From Leucoraja erinacea (Eukaryota): a stretch of DNA of 64,000 bases. The position numbers were made by a program, and so were the translations under genes. The notes under the pieces were generated by a model that was not told the DNA's origin, searched no databases, and was given only the letters and a program-made list of their open reading frames with translations. The DNA is taken from assembly GCF_028641065.1 (NCBI RefSeq), contig NC_073401.1, positions 23,126,001 through 23,190,000 on the forward strand, given 5' to 3'. Shown piece by piece: positions 13,385 to 26,225 of the stretch. Positions within the stretch are counted from its first letter, which is position 1. Every line of letters starts with the position of its first letter.

Positions 13385-15630
13385 ACAGGCACCAGTCAGC
13401 AAATGATCATAGACACATCACAAAAAACATGCCCTTTGGCTCTTTTCACTTGGACCATCTCCGACATCTCCCTCCCCTTTTTTGATCTCTCAGTCTCCAT
13501 CACAGGGGATAGACTACAGACTGACGTCTATTACAAACCCACTGACTCCCACAACTATCTAGACTATATTTCTTCCCACCCTGCTTCCTGCAAAGACTCT
13601 ATCCCCTACTCCCAATTCCTCCGTCAACGCCGCAACTGCGCCCAAGATGAGTTGTTCCATACCAGGACATTCGATTCGAGATGTCCTCATCCTTTAGGGA
13701 ACAGGGGTTCTCCTCTACCATCATAGATGGGGTCATCACACGCGGCTCCTCAGTACCCCGTAACTCCGCCCTTGCTCCCCCTCGCAGCAACAGGGACAGA
13801 GTCCTTATCTTTCACCCCATCAGCCGTTGCATACAACACATAATCCTCTTACATTTTTGCCACCTCCAACGGGATCCCACTGCTAGACACATCTTCCCAT
13901 CTCCACCCCTTCATGCCTTCCCCAGACGGTTCCCTCCACTACTCCCCGATTAGCTCGTCCCTTCCCATTCAAACCACCCAGGTACCATGCCCTGTAACTG
14001 CAGATGCAACACCTGTCCCTATAGACCAAACATAGACTGGGCGATCGTTTTGCTGGAACACCTTTGCTCAGTCTATCTGGACCTACCTAATCTCTGTGTT
14101 GCCAAATACTTTAATTCCCCTTCCCATTCCCACACTGACCTTTCTGTCCTAGGCCTCTTTCATTGTCAGAGTGATGTCAGAGTCAAACCGGCCCCAGACT
14201 GTGAGACTCGGCCCCCACCTCTCCTCCACTCGCAGGTTGAGTACCGGTTCCCCACAGGGCTGTGTGCTAAGCCCCCTCTTATACTGTCTCTACACCTACG
14301 ACTGTAGTCCGGCCCACAACAACAACCGCATCGTCAAATTTGCTGACGACACTACTGTGGTCGGACTTATTTCAAAGGGAGACGAGGCAGCCTACAGAGA
14401 GGAAGTCCTGAAGTTGACAACCTGGTGCTCAGAAAACAATCTGGCTCTGAACACCAGGAAAACAAAAGAGCTCATTGTCGACTTCAGGAGGCACAGCACC
14501 GACTTAGTCCCCCTACACATTAACGGCGAGTGTGTGGAGAGGGTCAACACCTTCCGGTTTCTCGGCGTCCATATCGCTGCTGACATCTCCTGGACGGACA
14601 ACACGACGGCGGTCATCAAGAAGGCTCAGCAGCGGCTGCACTTCCTGAGGGTCCTCAGGAAGCACAACCTGGACTCTAACCTGCTGCTGACCTTCTACCG
14701 CTCGTCCATCGAGAGCCTGCTGACATACTGCATTACAGCATGGTATGGCAGCTGCACCATGGCAGACAGGGAGAGGCTTCAGAGGGTAACCAGGACAGCG
14801 CAGAGGATCATTGGTTGCCCTCTCCCCTCCCTGATGGACATCTACACCTCCCGCTGCCTTAGCAGGGCAAAGAAGATCACCAAAGACAGCTCCCATCCTG
14901 CGTTTGGACTGTTTGACCTGCTGCCCCCTGGAAGGCGCTATAGGTGCATCAAATCCAGGACAAACAGACTCAGGAATAGCTGCTTCCCGAGAATTATATC
15001 TACCATAAATTCAAATCCACACATGCACTGACTACACCGCCCAACACGGACTTCCATCTGTATATATGTATATATGTATGTAGCGCCGTAGAATTTGTGC
15101 ACCTATTCCCCCCCCCCATCTCCCTTCTGTTTTGTTTTTCTGTTTCTTGTTTTTTGTGTAAAATTGTATGTATGCACTGAGTACGAGCAGCTTTCAGTTT
15201 CACTGTACATGTATAGTGACAATAAATGGCATATCATATCATTCATGCTAAACGCAAATTGGAGGAACAGCATCTCATATTTCACTTGGCCAACTTACAA
15301 CCCAGATTTCTCTAACTTCATGTAATCCCTGCATTCCCTCTCCATCCCTCCCCACTCACGTTGCACCAGCTTCTTGTTCTCACCTAGCAAACAGCTAACA
15401 ATGGCCCGTTTCCTTTATCCTCATTATTTTTTTGCATATCTTTCATTAATTTGTTCCATATCTCTCAACATCACTCATTTCCGTTTCCCGTGAGTCTCAG
15501 TCTGAAGAAGGGTCTTGCCATGAAATGTCACCCATTCCTTCGCTCTAGAGCTGCTTCCTGTACTGCTGAGTTACTCCAGCATTTTAAGTCCTTTTTCGGT
15601 TTAAACCAGTATCCTCAGTTCTTTCCGATA
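13385..15630 (+). mobile_element. Penelope-like retroelement 3' remnant (RT C-terminus, decayed GIY-YIG region, terminal repeat), split by a Rex/Babar insertion
   Basis: TWTISDISLPFFDLSV...TDVYYKPTDSHNYLDY.SSHP.SCKDSIPYSQFLR.RR.C is typical PLE RT C-terminus. The sequence CATTGTCAGAGTGA|...|GCTAAACGCAAATTGGAGGAAC is contiguous in the copy at ~42110. Decayed CTGAAGAAGGG...GAAATGTC core at ~15503. Confidence 0.8.
14177..15245 (+). mobile_element. 5'-truncated Rex1/Babar LINE with an uninterrupted RT C-terminal ORF (14171-15031)
   Basis: RPQTVR...TGSPQGCVLSPLLY.LYT.DC, KFADDTTVVGLI, NNLALN..KTKELIVDFR, KKAQQRLHFLR; 3' end GACAATAAA followed by (CATAT/CATT)n. Confidence 0.9.
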
Positions 15631-17148
15631 CACACCCTTTGGCCCATCTGGTCTGTACCCATCATCAACGGCCCATTTTACATTAATCCTACCTTAGTCC
15701 CATTTTTAAATTGTCCACCCATTCTAATCAACTATTCCCAGATCCCACCACTCACCTACACACTGGAGACACAGGGGATTAACCAACCAACCTGCACATG
15801 CTTGTGAGAATGTGCAAAACTCCACACAGTTTAACACCCTTTGACATCAACATCACAGAGACAGCTCACCACAGGATTCAAATCCATCAGTCCCTAAGGC
15901 GCTATTTGTACACCTTACACCTCCAGTAAAGGAATCATATCTATCAAGGTTTGGAGGGATATGGACCAAACGCAGGTAGGTGAGACTAGTGTAGCTGGGT
16001 GTGGGCAAGTTGGGCCGAAGAGCCTGTTTCCATGCTATATCACTCTATGACTATGACCAAGTACCAGATGTATTACATCCACTTCATTGTGGTCATCACA
16101 TCCGTCATACACAATCATCCTTCGCATCAATAATTCACCATGTACATTCACAATGGTATCAGACCGGGTACATCATCTTGTTACTTGAACAGACACTGAA
16201 CATCAGTAATTAGCAATGTAAATCATCAGTACTTTTAGCAAAGTGCATATCACTTCCTCCATTCAGTGTGCTTTAAACTTCACAACGGTATTACATTTGT
16301 ATTCAGAATGGACTTTATATAAACCCTTCACCAATTTATAGATTAATTAGCCTCTGTAAAATGCTGCTAATTTGTACCCAAACAGTAGTGTATCAACATT
16401 TCACTATATGCATTACTTAGACCATTCTCTGCAGGCATATATCCACCATTTCCCTCAAGAATCCACTTACCAAATCCTGTGTGCTCCTCTGCACATTGTA
16501 GACCCGGAAAATTGGACTTAGTTTGCTGTTTTCTTATGCATCTTGTCCCTGTGTTCTCGACTCAGGTCTATTCAGATCTCTGGTCTGGGCACATGGCATT
16601 GAAAGAATTCTGGGTTAGGCTTGGTGACAGAGGACAATGTCAAAAAAGATACTGGTTCCAGACTCACATGTACCTCAGGGCCCTGGCGGACATCTGGACG
16701 TAGGGTTTAGGGAGAAGGTGGTTTGGGGTTTGGGTCCTACTTTGCATCTTCAGACGTAACCTTACTGATTTCCCGGTATTTCCCCTGAGGATGCCCTGGA
16801 ATCCTCAGGGTCTTGTCAACAAGCCAAGAACAGGTGAGGGCTAGTATGGCAAACAGTGGGAGAGGACAGAAATGGGATAACGAAAACAGCGAGATGGATC
16901 CATCCCTCAGACCAGATGTGTCCTACAGACCATGTGTTACATATCACAGCATTAAATAGATATCAGGATCTCATTAATTTTGCCAGTAAAAGCAGCTTTA
17001 CTTACATTTTCAAAATAACTGTTATTATGAGCTCTGTCATTAATTTTCTCTTAATGCTGCTCCAAATTGGAGTATTCCCCTAGCCTCTGCTAAAAGCAGA
17101 GCATCATAAATAAATCTTCTGCATATCGCATTTAAAGTTGCATAGCTA

Positions 17149-18756
17149 CAGTGGCTTGCAAAAGTTTTCATACCCCTTGAACTTATCCACATTTTGTCAC
17201 GTTACAACCACAAACGTAAATGTATTTTATTGGGATTTTATGTGATAGACCAACACAAAGTGGTGCATAATTGTGAAGTGGAAGGAAAATGATACATGGT
17301 TTTCAAATTTTTTTACAAATAAAAAACTGAAAAGTGTGGCGTGCAAAAGTATTCAGCCCCCCTGAGTCAATACTTTGTAGAACCACCTTTCACTGCAATT
17401 ACAGCTGCAAGTCTTTTGGGGTATGTCTCTACCAGCTTTGCACATCTAGAGACTGAAATATTTGCCCATTCTTCTTTGCAAAATAGCTCAAGCTCAGTCA
17501 GATTGGATGGAGATCGTCTGTGAACAGCAATTTTCAAGTCTTGCCAGAGATTCTCAATTGGATTTAGGTCTGGACTTTGACTGGGCCATTCTAACACATG
17601 AATATGCTTTGATCTAAACCATTCCAATGTAGTTCTGGCTGTATGTTTAGAGTCGTTGTCCTGCTGGAAGGTGAACCTCCGCCCCAGTCTCAAGTCTTTT
17701 GCAGACTCTAACAGGTTTTCTTCCAAGATTGCCCTGTTTTTGGCTCCATCCATCTTCCCATCAACTCTGACCAGCTTCCCCGTCCCTGCTGAAGAAAAGC
17801 ATCCTCACAGCATGATGCTGCCACCACCATGTTTCACAATGGGGATGGTGTGTTCAGGGTGATGTGCAATGTTAGTTTTCTGCCACACATAGCGTTTTGC
17901 ATTTAGGCCAAAAACTTCAATTTTGGTCTCATCTGACCAGAGCACCTTCCTCCACATGTTTGCTGTGTCCCCCAAATGGCTTGTGGCAAACTGCAAACGG
18001 GACTTCTTATGGCTTTTTTTCAACAATGGCTTTTCTTCTTGCCACTCTTCCATAAAGGCCCGATTTGTGGAGTGCACGACTAATAGTTGTCCTGTGGACA
18101 GATTCTCCCACCTGAGCTGTGGATCTCTGCAGCTCCTCCAGAGTTACCATGGGCCTTCTCTGATCAATGCTCTCCTTGCCCGGCCTGTCAGTTTAGGTGG
18201 ACGGCCAAGTCTTGGTAGGTTTGCAGTTGTGCCATACTCTTTCCATTTTCGGATGATGGATTGAACAGTGCTCCGTGAGATGTTCAAAGCTTGGGATATT
18301 TTTTTATAACCTAACCCTGCTTTAAACTTCTCCACAACTTTATCCCTGACCTGTCTGGTGTGTCCCTTGGGCTTCATGATGCTGTTTGTTCACTAATATT
18401 CTCGAACAAACCTCTGAGGCCTTCACAGAACAGCTGTATTTATACGGAGATTAGATTACACACAAGTGGACTCTATTTACTAATTAGGTGACTTCTGAAG
18501 GCAATTGGTTGCACTGGATTTTATTTAGGGGTATCAGAGTAAAGAGGGCTGAATACTTGTGCATGCCACACTTTTCAGTTTTTTATCTGTAAAAAAATTT
18601 GAAAACCATGTATCATTTTCCTTCCACTTCATAATTATGCACCACTTTGTGTTGGTCTATCACATAAAATCCCAATAAAATACATTTACGTTTGTGGTTG
18701 TAACGTGACAACATGTGGAAAAGTTCAAGGGGTATGAATACTTTTGCAAGCCACTG
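17149..18756 (-). mobile_element. Full-length Tc1 (DD34E) DNA transposon, Passport-like, transposase pseudogenised
   Basis: TA TSDs at 17147-48 and 18757-58; ~213-bp TIRs (17149-17361, 18544-18756) starting CAGTGGCTTGCAAAAG with inner and outer direct repeats; transposase 18377->17367 with GRPPK, WSDETK, QQDND.KH and [15 protein letters not shown], broken into three ORFs. Confidence 0.95.
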
Positions 18757-19224
18757 TATAGACTACCTTGAAACTAGGATTAGATTTTCAATAATAGCAT
18801 TGATAATAAAGTGAATGTGGAGTAAGGAGATTGGAATTTAACCATATGGGCCATATAGAGAAAACACATTTAATGAGCCAAATGTACTGTTCCTATGTGT
18901 TAACATTTTATGACATTTTTGATCTGGAAGAGAACCGGGCAACATATTATTTGTTTCCCTGCAAACCACTTGGTTTCCATTGTTGAATACATTGCATGAT
19001 TCAATACTTTATTGGTGTCCTCTCATACACTAATCTGAGTAGCACTCTGCACAGTCAGTATGCATTGTACAGTCCCAATGCGTTGCCAGTAATCTCCACA
19101 TCTTACTTCACTGGAATGTCCTTGTATGATACTGGTTCATGGAATATCAAATTCTCTTATACACACTTTTTCCCTCACATTCAAGATTCTTTGGTTCCAT
19201 TCACTCTGTGGCTCAGCAGGTAAG

Positions 19225-19930
19225 TTTAGTTTAGTTTATTATTGTCATATCTACCAAGGTACGTGAAAATCTTTTGTTTGCGGCTATCCAGTCAAAGAAA
19301 AGAACACATGCTTACAATCAAGCTGTCCGTAGTGTAGATAACGGGTAAAGGGTACAATTTTTAAATGCAATATAAAATCTGATTAAATATAGTTCAAACG
19401 TTTCTAATTAGATAGATGGGAGGTCAGGATTGCAATCTAGCTGACGAGAGGACCGTTCAATTACCTGTTAACAGCTGCAAATAAACTGTTGCTGAATCCT
19501 GAAGTATGCGTTTTCAAACTTCTGTAACTGATGGAAGAGGGGAGTAGAGGGAGTGATTGAGGTGAGACTAGTCCTTGATTATGCTGATGGCCTTGACAAA
19601 GCATGAAGTGTAGATGGAGTCAATGGAATGGGGGATGGTTTGCATGATGGTCTGGTCTCTGCAATTATCTTGCAGTCTTGGATGGTGCTGCTCCCAAACC
19701 AGGATGTGATGCATCTCAATAAAATGCTTCCTACAGTGCATCTGTAGAAGTTGGTGAGAATTGTTGGTCAATGTATACATACTGTATGAATACGTTAGTG
19801 TCTGTGTACTGCTTCAGTTCCTAAAGTCAATCACCGCCTCCTTTGCTTGCTGACATTGATGGAGAGGTTCTCGTCTTGGCAACCGGTTTCAAGGTTTTCA
19901 ATCTCCTTTCTGTACTCCATCTCGTCATTA
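19225..19930 (-). mobile_element. Rex/Babar- or L2-type LINE 3' fragment
   Basis: Same family as 6375-6845 in reverse orientation (SIDSIYTSCF.KAISIIKD; tail GACAATAATAAACTAAACTAAAC). Confidence 0.75.
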
Positions 19931-20032
19931 AAATAAACCCTCATTTTAATAGACCTCTTCATTTAAGTTATAGCGGATTGACCTATCAATAGCTGCCGCC
20001 CCACACCTGGCTCGCATCACCTTCCCGGCATC

Positions 20033-20311
20033 TTAAGTTGCTGAGTCGCTGACATTCTCCACAAGGTACACCAACGGGCCCTTCCTCAACAGCTGCCGCA
20101 CTGTGCGGTTGACATGGCATTTGTTGCGGCTCACATTGTAGGCCCTGGTTGACAGCGCTTTCTTCAGGCCACTGCCACCGACTAGGATGTGCTAGGTCAC
20201 CGTGGGGCTCCCCCTCCCTCTCACCAGCTACCGCTTCTTCCAGTCTGTCGTCACTTTGTCTTCACCCCTCACCCCCACCAACGCCGCATCCTCCTCTGGA
20301 GTCACCCACAT
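20033..20311 (-). pseudogene. Linker histone H1 / protamine-like pseudogene
   Basis: One frame from ATG 20311: MWVTPEEDAAL...KKR*LVRGRGSPTVT*HILVGGSGLKKALSTRAYNVSRNKCHVNRTVRQLLRKGPLV. This aligns by eye with the H1 winged helix (PPVSELI...[35 protein letters not shown]), with two TAG stops and an apparent in-frame deletion. Confidence 0.7.
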
Positions 20312-20364
20312 ACTCCCCTTTGGAGGTATGGTGCAGAGAAGCAGCACGGCACCTATTTTTTAAG

Positions 20365-20540
20365 ATGAAACAACACAGTGCAGGAGTAACTCAGCACACT
20401 GAATCAGTCTGAAGAAAATTCCCGACCTGAGAGGTCACCTATCCATGTTCTCCCAAGATGCTGCCTGACCCACTGAGTTACTCCAGCACATTGTGTTCCT
20501 TTGTGTATTAACCAGCATCTACGGTTCCTTGTTTCTACTA
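20365..20540. mobile_element. Penelope-like terminal repeat with 5' inversion (decayed hammerhead core)
   Basis: GGAGTAACTCAGC...CAGTCTGAAGAA...GATGCTGCCTGACCCACTGAGTTACTCCAGCA...AACCAGCATCT. Confidence 0.7.
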
Positions 20541-21769
20541 CATACAATGATAATCCCTTACTTGATTATGGCGGACAATCGGCAACAACAGACACCATTC
20601 ACCCCCACTATGGCCCGTTAAAACAAGGGTTTACTGTATTTGATATCCAGCCCACTATGGTCGTGTTGTCTGTGAATTTGTAAATTGAGTTAGATTGGTA
20701 TTTGGTTGCACAGTCGAGTGTATAAGTAAGTTGATTGTTTAACATTATCACAGAGAAACAGGTAAATTGCTCATGAAGCTTTTCTTGCTACATGAGTCAC
20801 CTCATCAAATATGAAGAAATTTGTATGCAGGAAACTCCCAAGTGCATCAGAGTGATTATTGCAAACAGTTTGTTGTAATGATTTTGATTGAGAAATAAAC
20901 ATTGGCTCGGCATCCTTCCTGAAAAAGATGCTATTAGACCTCTTCCGTTCAAGTGTAATGACTGATCTAAAAATTGTCAGCAGGGCCTGGATATTTAACA
21001 ATTGTTTGAAATAGTAACGTGTCAGTTTGATTAAGACCCTTACCTTGAGATGTTTCCAATGAGGACATCTCTAAGTTGGTTTGTCAGTGACTGCAGGATA
21101 TTGTTGTGGGTTCTTACTGAGAAAGTACTGCACTGACTATATAATGTTAGGAATAAGCCATCTCCCTTCGCATTTAATAGAGTTAGACATCTTTCATATG
21201 TAGCCATGACAGACTATTTACTCAGGGTGATGCCTATGCAAATAATTGAAGCATTGAGAAAGAGGAAGTAGTATAATGGTTTCATAGTTGCAGTGACATG
21301 ACCTGCTTCTGGGAAAACAGTGTTAGTGATAAGAATTTATTTTTGAAACACCGCGGATCATGATAAATTCCAAACCACAACTGTCGACTGAGCCAGTTAG
21401 AATGAGAGAATGCTGCATGCCTATTTGAAATACGCACCTTCAGCATTCTTCTCAGGAGTTTATGTCCATTTATCCACCACTGCAAAGTCTGCCAAATGTA
21501 TTTTCACAGAAACATATATCCAACTCAGATTCGGATTAGATTATCGTATCGAGTTGGGTGCAGTGAAACACCTTGTTCCCATGAAAATTACCGAGTAAAC
21601 AGCATACATATGGTATTGATAAACACAACAATAAATATTCGGACAAATGCAAAACAGCAGCATGATTATTGTGTAAAATCCGACAAGAACAAAAGGATAA
21701 TAAACTGCAACAACAGAATAATCGAATGAGATTATTCTGTAAGCAATTCTACAGTATTTGGATATAAAA

Positions 21770-22260
21770 CACAGAACAGTAGAACATATGAATAGGCCCA
21801 TTGGCACATAATGTTTGTGCCAAAATAAACCAATCTCATATGCCTGCATATGATCTATGTCCCTCTATTCACTGCAAATCCATGTGCCATTCTAAAAACC
21901 TCTTAAATGCCACCATCCTATCTGCCTCTACCATCTGACAGCATGATCCAGACACTCACCACCCCATGTGTTAGAAAAAAACTTGCCCTTGACATTTTCA
22001 TGCTGCTCTCATCTTAAAACTATGCCCTCCAGTCTTAATATTTCCACCCTGGGAAAGTTTTGACTATAGCCCATCTATGCCTTTCATAATTTTACATACT
22101 TGTATAAGGTCTCCTCTCAACCTCCAGAGAAAACAAACCAAGTTTGTCCAACCTCGCTTTGAAGCTAAGACCCCCTTAAGCAGGCATCTTTCTATTAAAC
22201 TTCTTCTGCACCCTCTGCAAAGCCACCTGCTCCTTGTAATGGGGCAACCAGAACTGTATG
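21770..22260 (-). mobile_element. CR1 LINE 3' fragment
   Basis: Minus ORF contains RLRGDLIQVCKIMKGID; CR1 3' tail with (GTTCT)n at ~21770. Confidence 0.75.
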
Positions 22261-22514
22261 TAATAAGAAAAAAAAGTGAACCTTGGATCATTAATTCCAA
22301 TTTATAGTCATCTTTGGATAATTAATTCCAATCTGGATTTGGTGAATGCATTATTTTCCGTCCTTTACATTAAATAAACCCACAATTCTTCCTGCATTCA
22401 ATACTCTTGTTTCATTCATGCAATAACATATCCCTTGCTTACTTACATTGATTGCACATCCTCCAACAACACAAATATAGAAACAAATAAATTAGAGTAG
22501 ACTCAGTGGCTATG

Positions 22515-22990
22515 AGTTCATTTTGCCAAACACATACTCCGTCTGTCAAGGCCTACTGGATCTCCTAGTTGCTAACTATTTTAAATCCTCGTCCCATTCC
22601 CATACTGACATTTCTTTCCGTGGCCTCCTCCATTGCCGGAGTGAGGCCACATGCAAACTGGGGGAACAACACCTAATAACACCTTGGATGGCTTACAACC
22701 CAATGATAAAAAACATTGAATTCTCTCATTTTAAACTACATAACCCCCTCTTTCCCCCATATAAACCTTTCCCCTTCCCTTCCTCCCTGCCCTCTCCACT
22801 GTGCCCCACCTGAACTTGCACCTATTTCTCTCCTCCGCCTCTCATTCTTTCCTCTAGTTTAACAATTTGCAACACTTCAATCTTTTGTCTCACACCTTCT
22901 GTCTTTTCATTTCGGGCCTTTATCCAACCATCTGCTTATCAAAAACCCTCTTCACATATTACCTGCCAGGCTTTGTACTGCCTCTCTTCC
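22515..22990 (+). mobile_element. Penelope-like 3' fragment
   Basis: VANYFKSSSHSHTD.SF.GLLHCRSEATCKLGEQHLI...NIEFSHF, homologous to the GIY-YIG C-terminus at 42001-42216. Confidence 0.7.
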
Positions 22991-23682
22991 ATGATCACTT
23001 AACTATATGGAGCCCTTGATCTCTGGAGTTAGTCAGTCAGGCCAGGGTGAGGCAACTATAATCAGCAATAGAGATTCAGGACTGGAAAGGTCAAGGTGGG
23101 CTGTACTGGTTTTCAACCCGTTGTTAAATAAGGTCAACATATCTGCCTGCATATTTGTTTGAATATCCAGTATAAATTACGACTGAAGCAGACTGCAATG
23201 CTTCACGTTCGCACATCAAAACAGCTTTTTCAACAAAATACCAGTTCACAACCAGCAATCTTAGATCTATTCCACAATGAGTCTTCATCTTCCAAAGGAT
23301 TACTGAAAACAAAAGTCATTCCTTTTTGGTCATAAGGATCTTGTATGAAAGCCATCAAGCTCATTTCAAGTCTTTCACAAATGCCAAACCTAGAATTCTA
23401 TTGACATTTCAAATTATTTTCTTACAAGAAGCATCCACTGTTACCGAGTCTTGATCCAAGTAGCCACTGCACTGATGGGGGATGGAGTAATTCTAAACTC
23501 TTTTCTTTTAGATTGCCCAGCTTTGGAAACACTCTATCATGCTCGGTTTAAGCCATGCACCCTGTTGTAGTCTACTTTTTTTTCAAATGTTAATGTCATA
23601 GTGTTCATAGTGCATTAGGGTATTTTCATTTGTTCTTGTTACTAGAACTGTCAGTAGTCTGTGAACCTTCTGCAATACAATA

Positions 23683-24105
23683 ATCATAATCATAATTTAT
23701 TAGCCAAATATGTTTTGCAACATACGAGGAATTTGAGTTGCCATACAGTCATAACATTAAAAAGCAAAACACACAAAATACATTTTAACATGAACATCCA
23801 CCACAGTGACTCCTCCACATTCCTCACTGATGAAAGACGAAAACAAGTTCAATCTCTTCCCTTCTTTGTTCTCCCGCGGTCGGGGGCTTCGAGCCCTTAC
23901 GGGATGATCTTGTCTCCCGTAGCCGGCAGTCGGGCCCTCCGCGATCGGGGCGATCAAGCTCCTGCATCGGGGGCGATGTCAGCTCCCCGCACCGGCCGAT
24001 CTGACCCCGGGTCGGGGCTGGTTGAACCTTCTGCATCGTTGGAGCTTCCCGACATCGGTCTCTACCCGAGACTGCAAGCTCATCGATGGTGAAATCCACA
24101 GGGAA
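23683..24105 (-). mobile_element. Non-autonomous retroposon with GC-rich head and AATAAA+(TTATGA)n tail
   Basis: Shares the segment CAGTGAGGA...TCACTGTG(G/A)TGGATGTT with the element at 26756; minus-strand tail GGCTAATAAATTATGATTATGATTATTG. Confidence 0.6.
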
Positions 24106-24755
24106 GGAATCAGCTCCATTAATAATGCTTTGAAAGCAACATGCCCATAATACCATACCACATAAAAAACCTGGCCTCACCTGTGACTTAAAGGCTTAAC
24201 TTACCTGTTTTGACTTGTTATCAAATCACCTGGAGATGCATTCCAGAACTAGATGCATCTTGCAAACAATGACTTTATATTTGAAATATTTGAATCTACT
24301 GCAAATCTTTTTTTCCCCAGCTTTTTTAAAGATGTTAAATCATCATGTAAATAGGTTTCTTGGTTGTAGTACAATGTATCTAGCCTTGTAATGTTTCAAT
24401 TCAATCTAAGCTGGCCAATTCATATTGAGCATTTACGTTTTCTCTGCCTTGTTTTCAGGATATAATCGTGTAATTAATAAAAGAACAATCATTCTTGAAA
24501 CACCCCATTCCATATTATGAACAGTAAAGATCCAAAATATTACACCAAGCATTACCTGTCAAAGAGTCTAGTATATATTTTTAATGAATTCTAAATCAAT
24601 ATGCATTTGACATCGGTTTAAACATTTTAAATATGAGAATATTAATATAGAACATTAGAAAATAACTTCCAACTAGCCTACCACATGTAGGTTATCCGCT
24701 CCTGACATCAAATACCTGTTAAGTGAGGTCAACGTATCTGTCTGAATATCCCGTG

Positions 24756-24840
24756 TCGGTGGCGCAGCGGTAGAGTTGCTGCCTTACAACACCAGAGACC
24801 TGGGTTCGATCCTGACTACGAGTGCTGATTGTACGGAGAT
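24756..24840 (+). mobile_element. tRNA-derived SINE head (HE1/V-SINE type), truncated
   Basis: A box GGTGGCGCAGCGGT, B box GGTTCGATCC; similar to the SINE at 45586-45884. Confidence 0.75.
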
Positions 24841-25924
24841 TTCATTTTCACCAATGTTATAATCCAATGAATAATGGCAGATCGTTTTTTTAGATAGCAG
24901 GATTACAAGGGTATTGCAGAATATTAGAGTGCAAACCTATTACTTATACTTGTTGAAGCCTTGCCCATTTCCTGAATAACTAAGAATTAAATGATGTATA
25001 TTGTGTTGTTCAAAGCCCTTTAATCACAATGCTTCTGACTAAGTGACGAGTCATTCGGTCATTATGGAACTAAAGGAACTCTATTTTTAAGAAACTCATT
25101 TTTCAGCAATGTCAAATGAAAATTTTGACCTATGGCTATTGTAACACGACTCACTTGAAATGTGAATTGATATGACTGAAGAGGGGCTTTGTATATTGCC
25201 ACTCATGAATAATCAGACTATGGAGGATTCAATGTTCTGATATAATCTGACACAAAACTCCTGATAATTTTGTAAAAGTCATTATCAGCCATGACAAGGA
25301 TTGCTTGCTGTGAATTTGGCTGATATTTATTTTTGAGCCAGGCTCAGACCTTTCCATCAACTAATTACGATGAAAGGATTTTGCACAGGGAAAGTATTTC
25401 CATAGTCTTTCCTGAATATCCAACTGCTATCAACAGTTTGTGTTTTTTTGTAGTAAGTACACAAAGTTAACTCTGCATCTCACAAACACATCAACAGTTA
25501 ACCACGTGCAGTCCCATGCTCTTCATTCAAGACGCTCCCTTTACACTTACAACTAAACATCTAAGATTTCAGGTTCTGCTCAGGTTTCACGTGCATTCAC
25601 ATGACCAGGCTGCTGCCCGTCTGAATCATAACAGTCTTGCCTAACTGAAAGCTGTGCATATAACTGGACACAGACAGAACCCTCTAACAGTTGAAAATAT
25701 AAATCTTTCAGAGAGCTTTGAAGACTTGTCGTGTGCCTGGGGGTAAAGTGGATTTGCAAACAATATGAGATCTGTTTTTGTGAGGACTTTCAACATTCAC
25801 CCTGGAGTGAGCTCAGCCCCTTTACAAATTTGGTATCACAGAGCATCTGAAATTGGTTTGTAATGTTATGAATACCCCTTTAAACACTATCCCGAGGCAA
25901 TCTCTTTAAAGCGTCATAATAAGA

Positions 25925-26225
25925 AAGAGGCCATTTGGCCCACTGAGTTAGTTTACCATCAAACACCCATTTATATTAATCCTACATGAACACCATTTCA
26001 TTCGGCCCATTCTCCTCGGATTCTACTACTCAGCTACAGGGCCAATTAACCTCAGGCTATGTGGGAGGAAACTGCAGAAACCCACATAGCCTGCAAAATC
26101 TCACATAGTAACAGGAAGAACACGCAAACTACACACCGACAGTGACAGTGTTGGAAATCGGGATTAAATCTGGGTCAATGGAACTGTGTCGCAGCAGCTC
26201 TATTAGTTGGGCCACCATGCTGCTC
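25925..26225 (-). mobile_element. Old tRNA-SINE (V-SINE type)
   Basis: Plus strand TGTGGGAGGAAAC...GAAACCCAC...GGAAGAACACGCAAACT...GCCACCATGCTGC is the reverse complement of a V-SINE body and head. Confidence 0.6.

Noticed and set aside
16782-16810. 10-bp hairpin CCCTGAGGAT...ATCCTCAGGG
   Set aside because: Isolated short stem with no ribozyme, miRNA or MITE context.
24756-24840. Possible tRNA gene
   Set aside because: A and B boxes are present but there is no acceptor stem, and the sequence continues into the V-SINE body.
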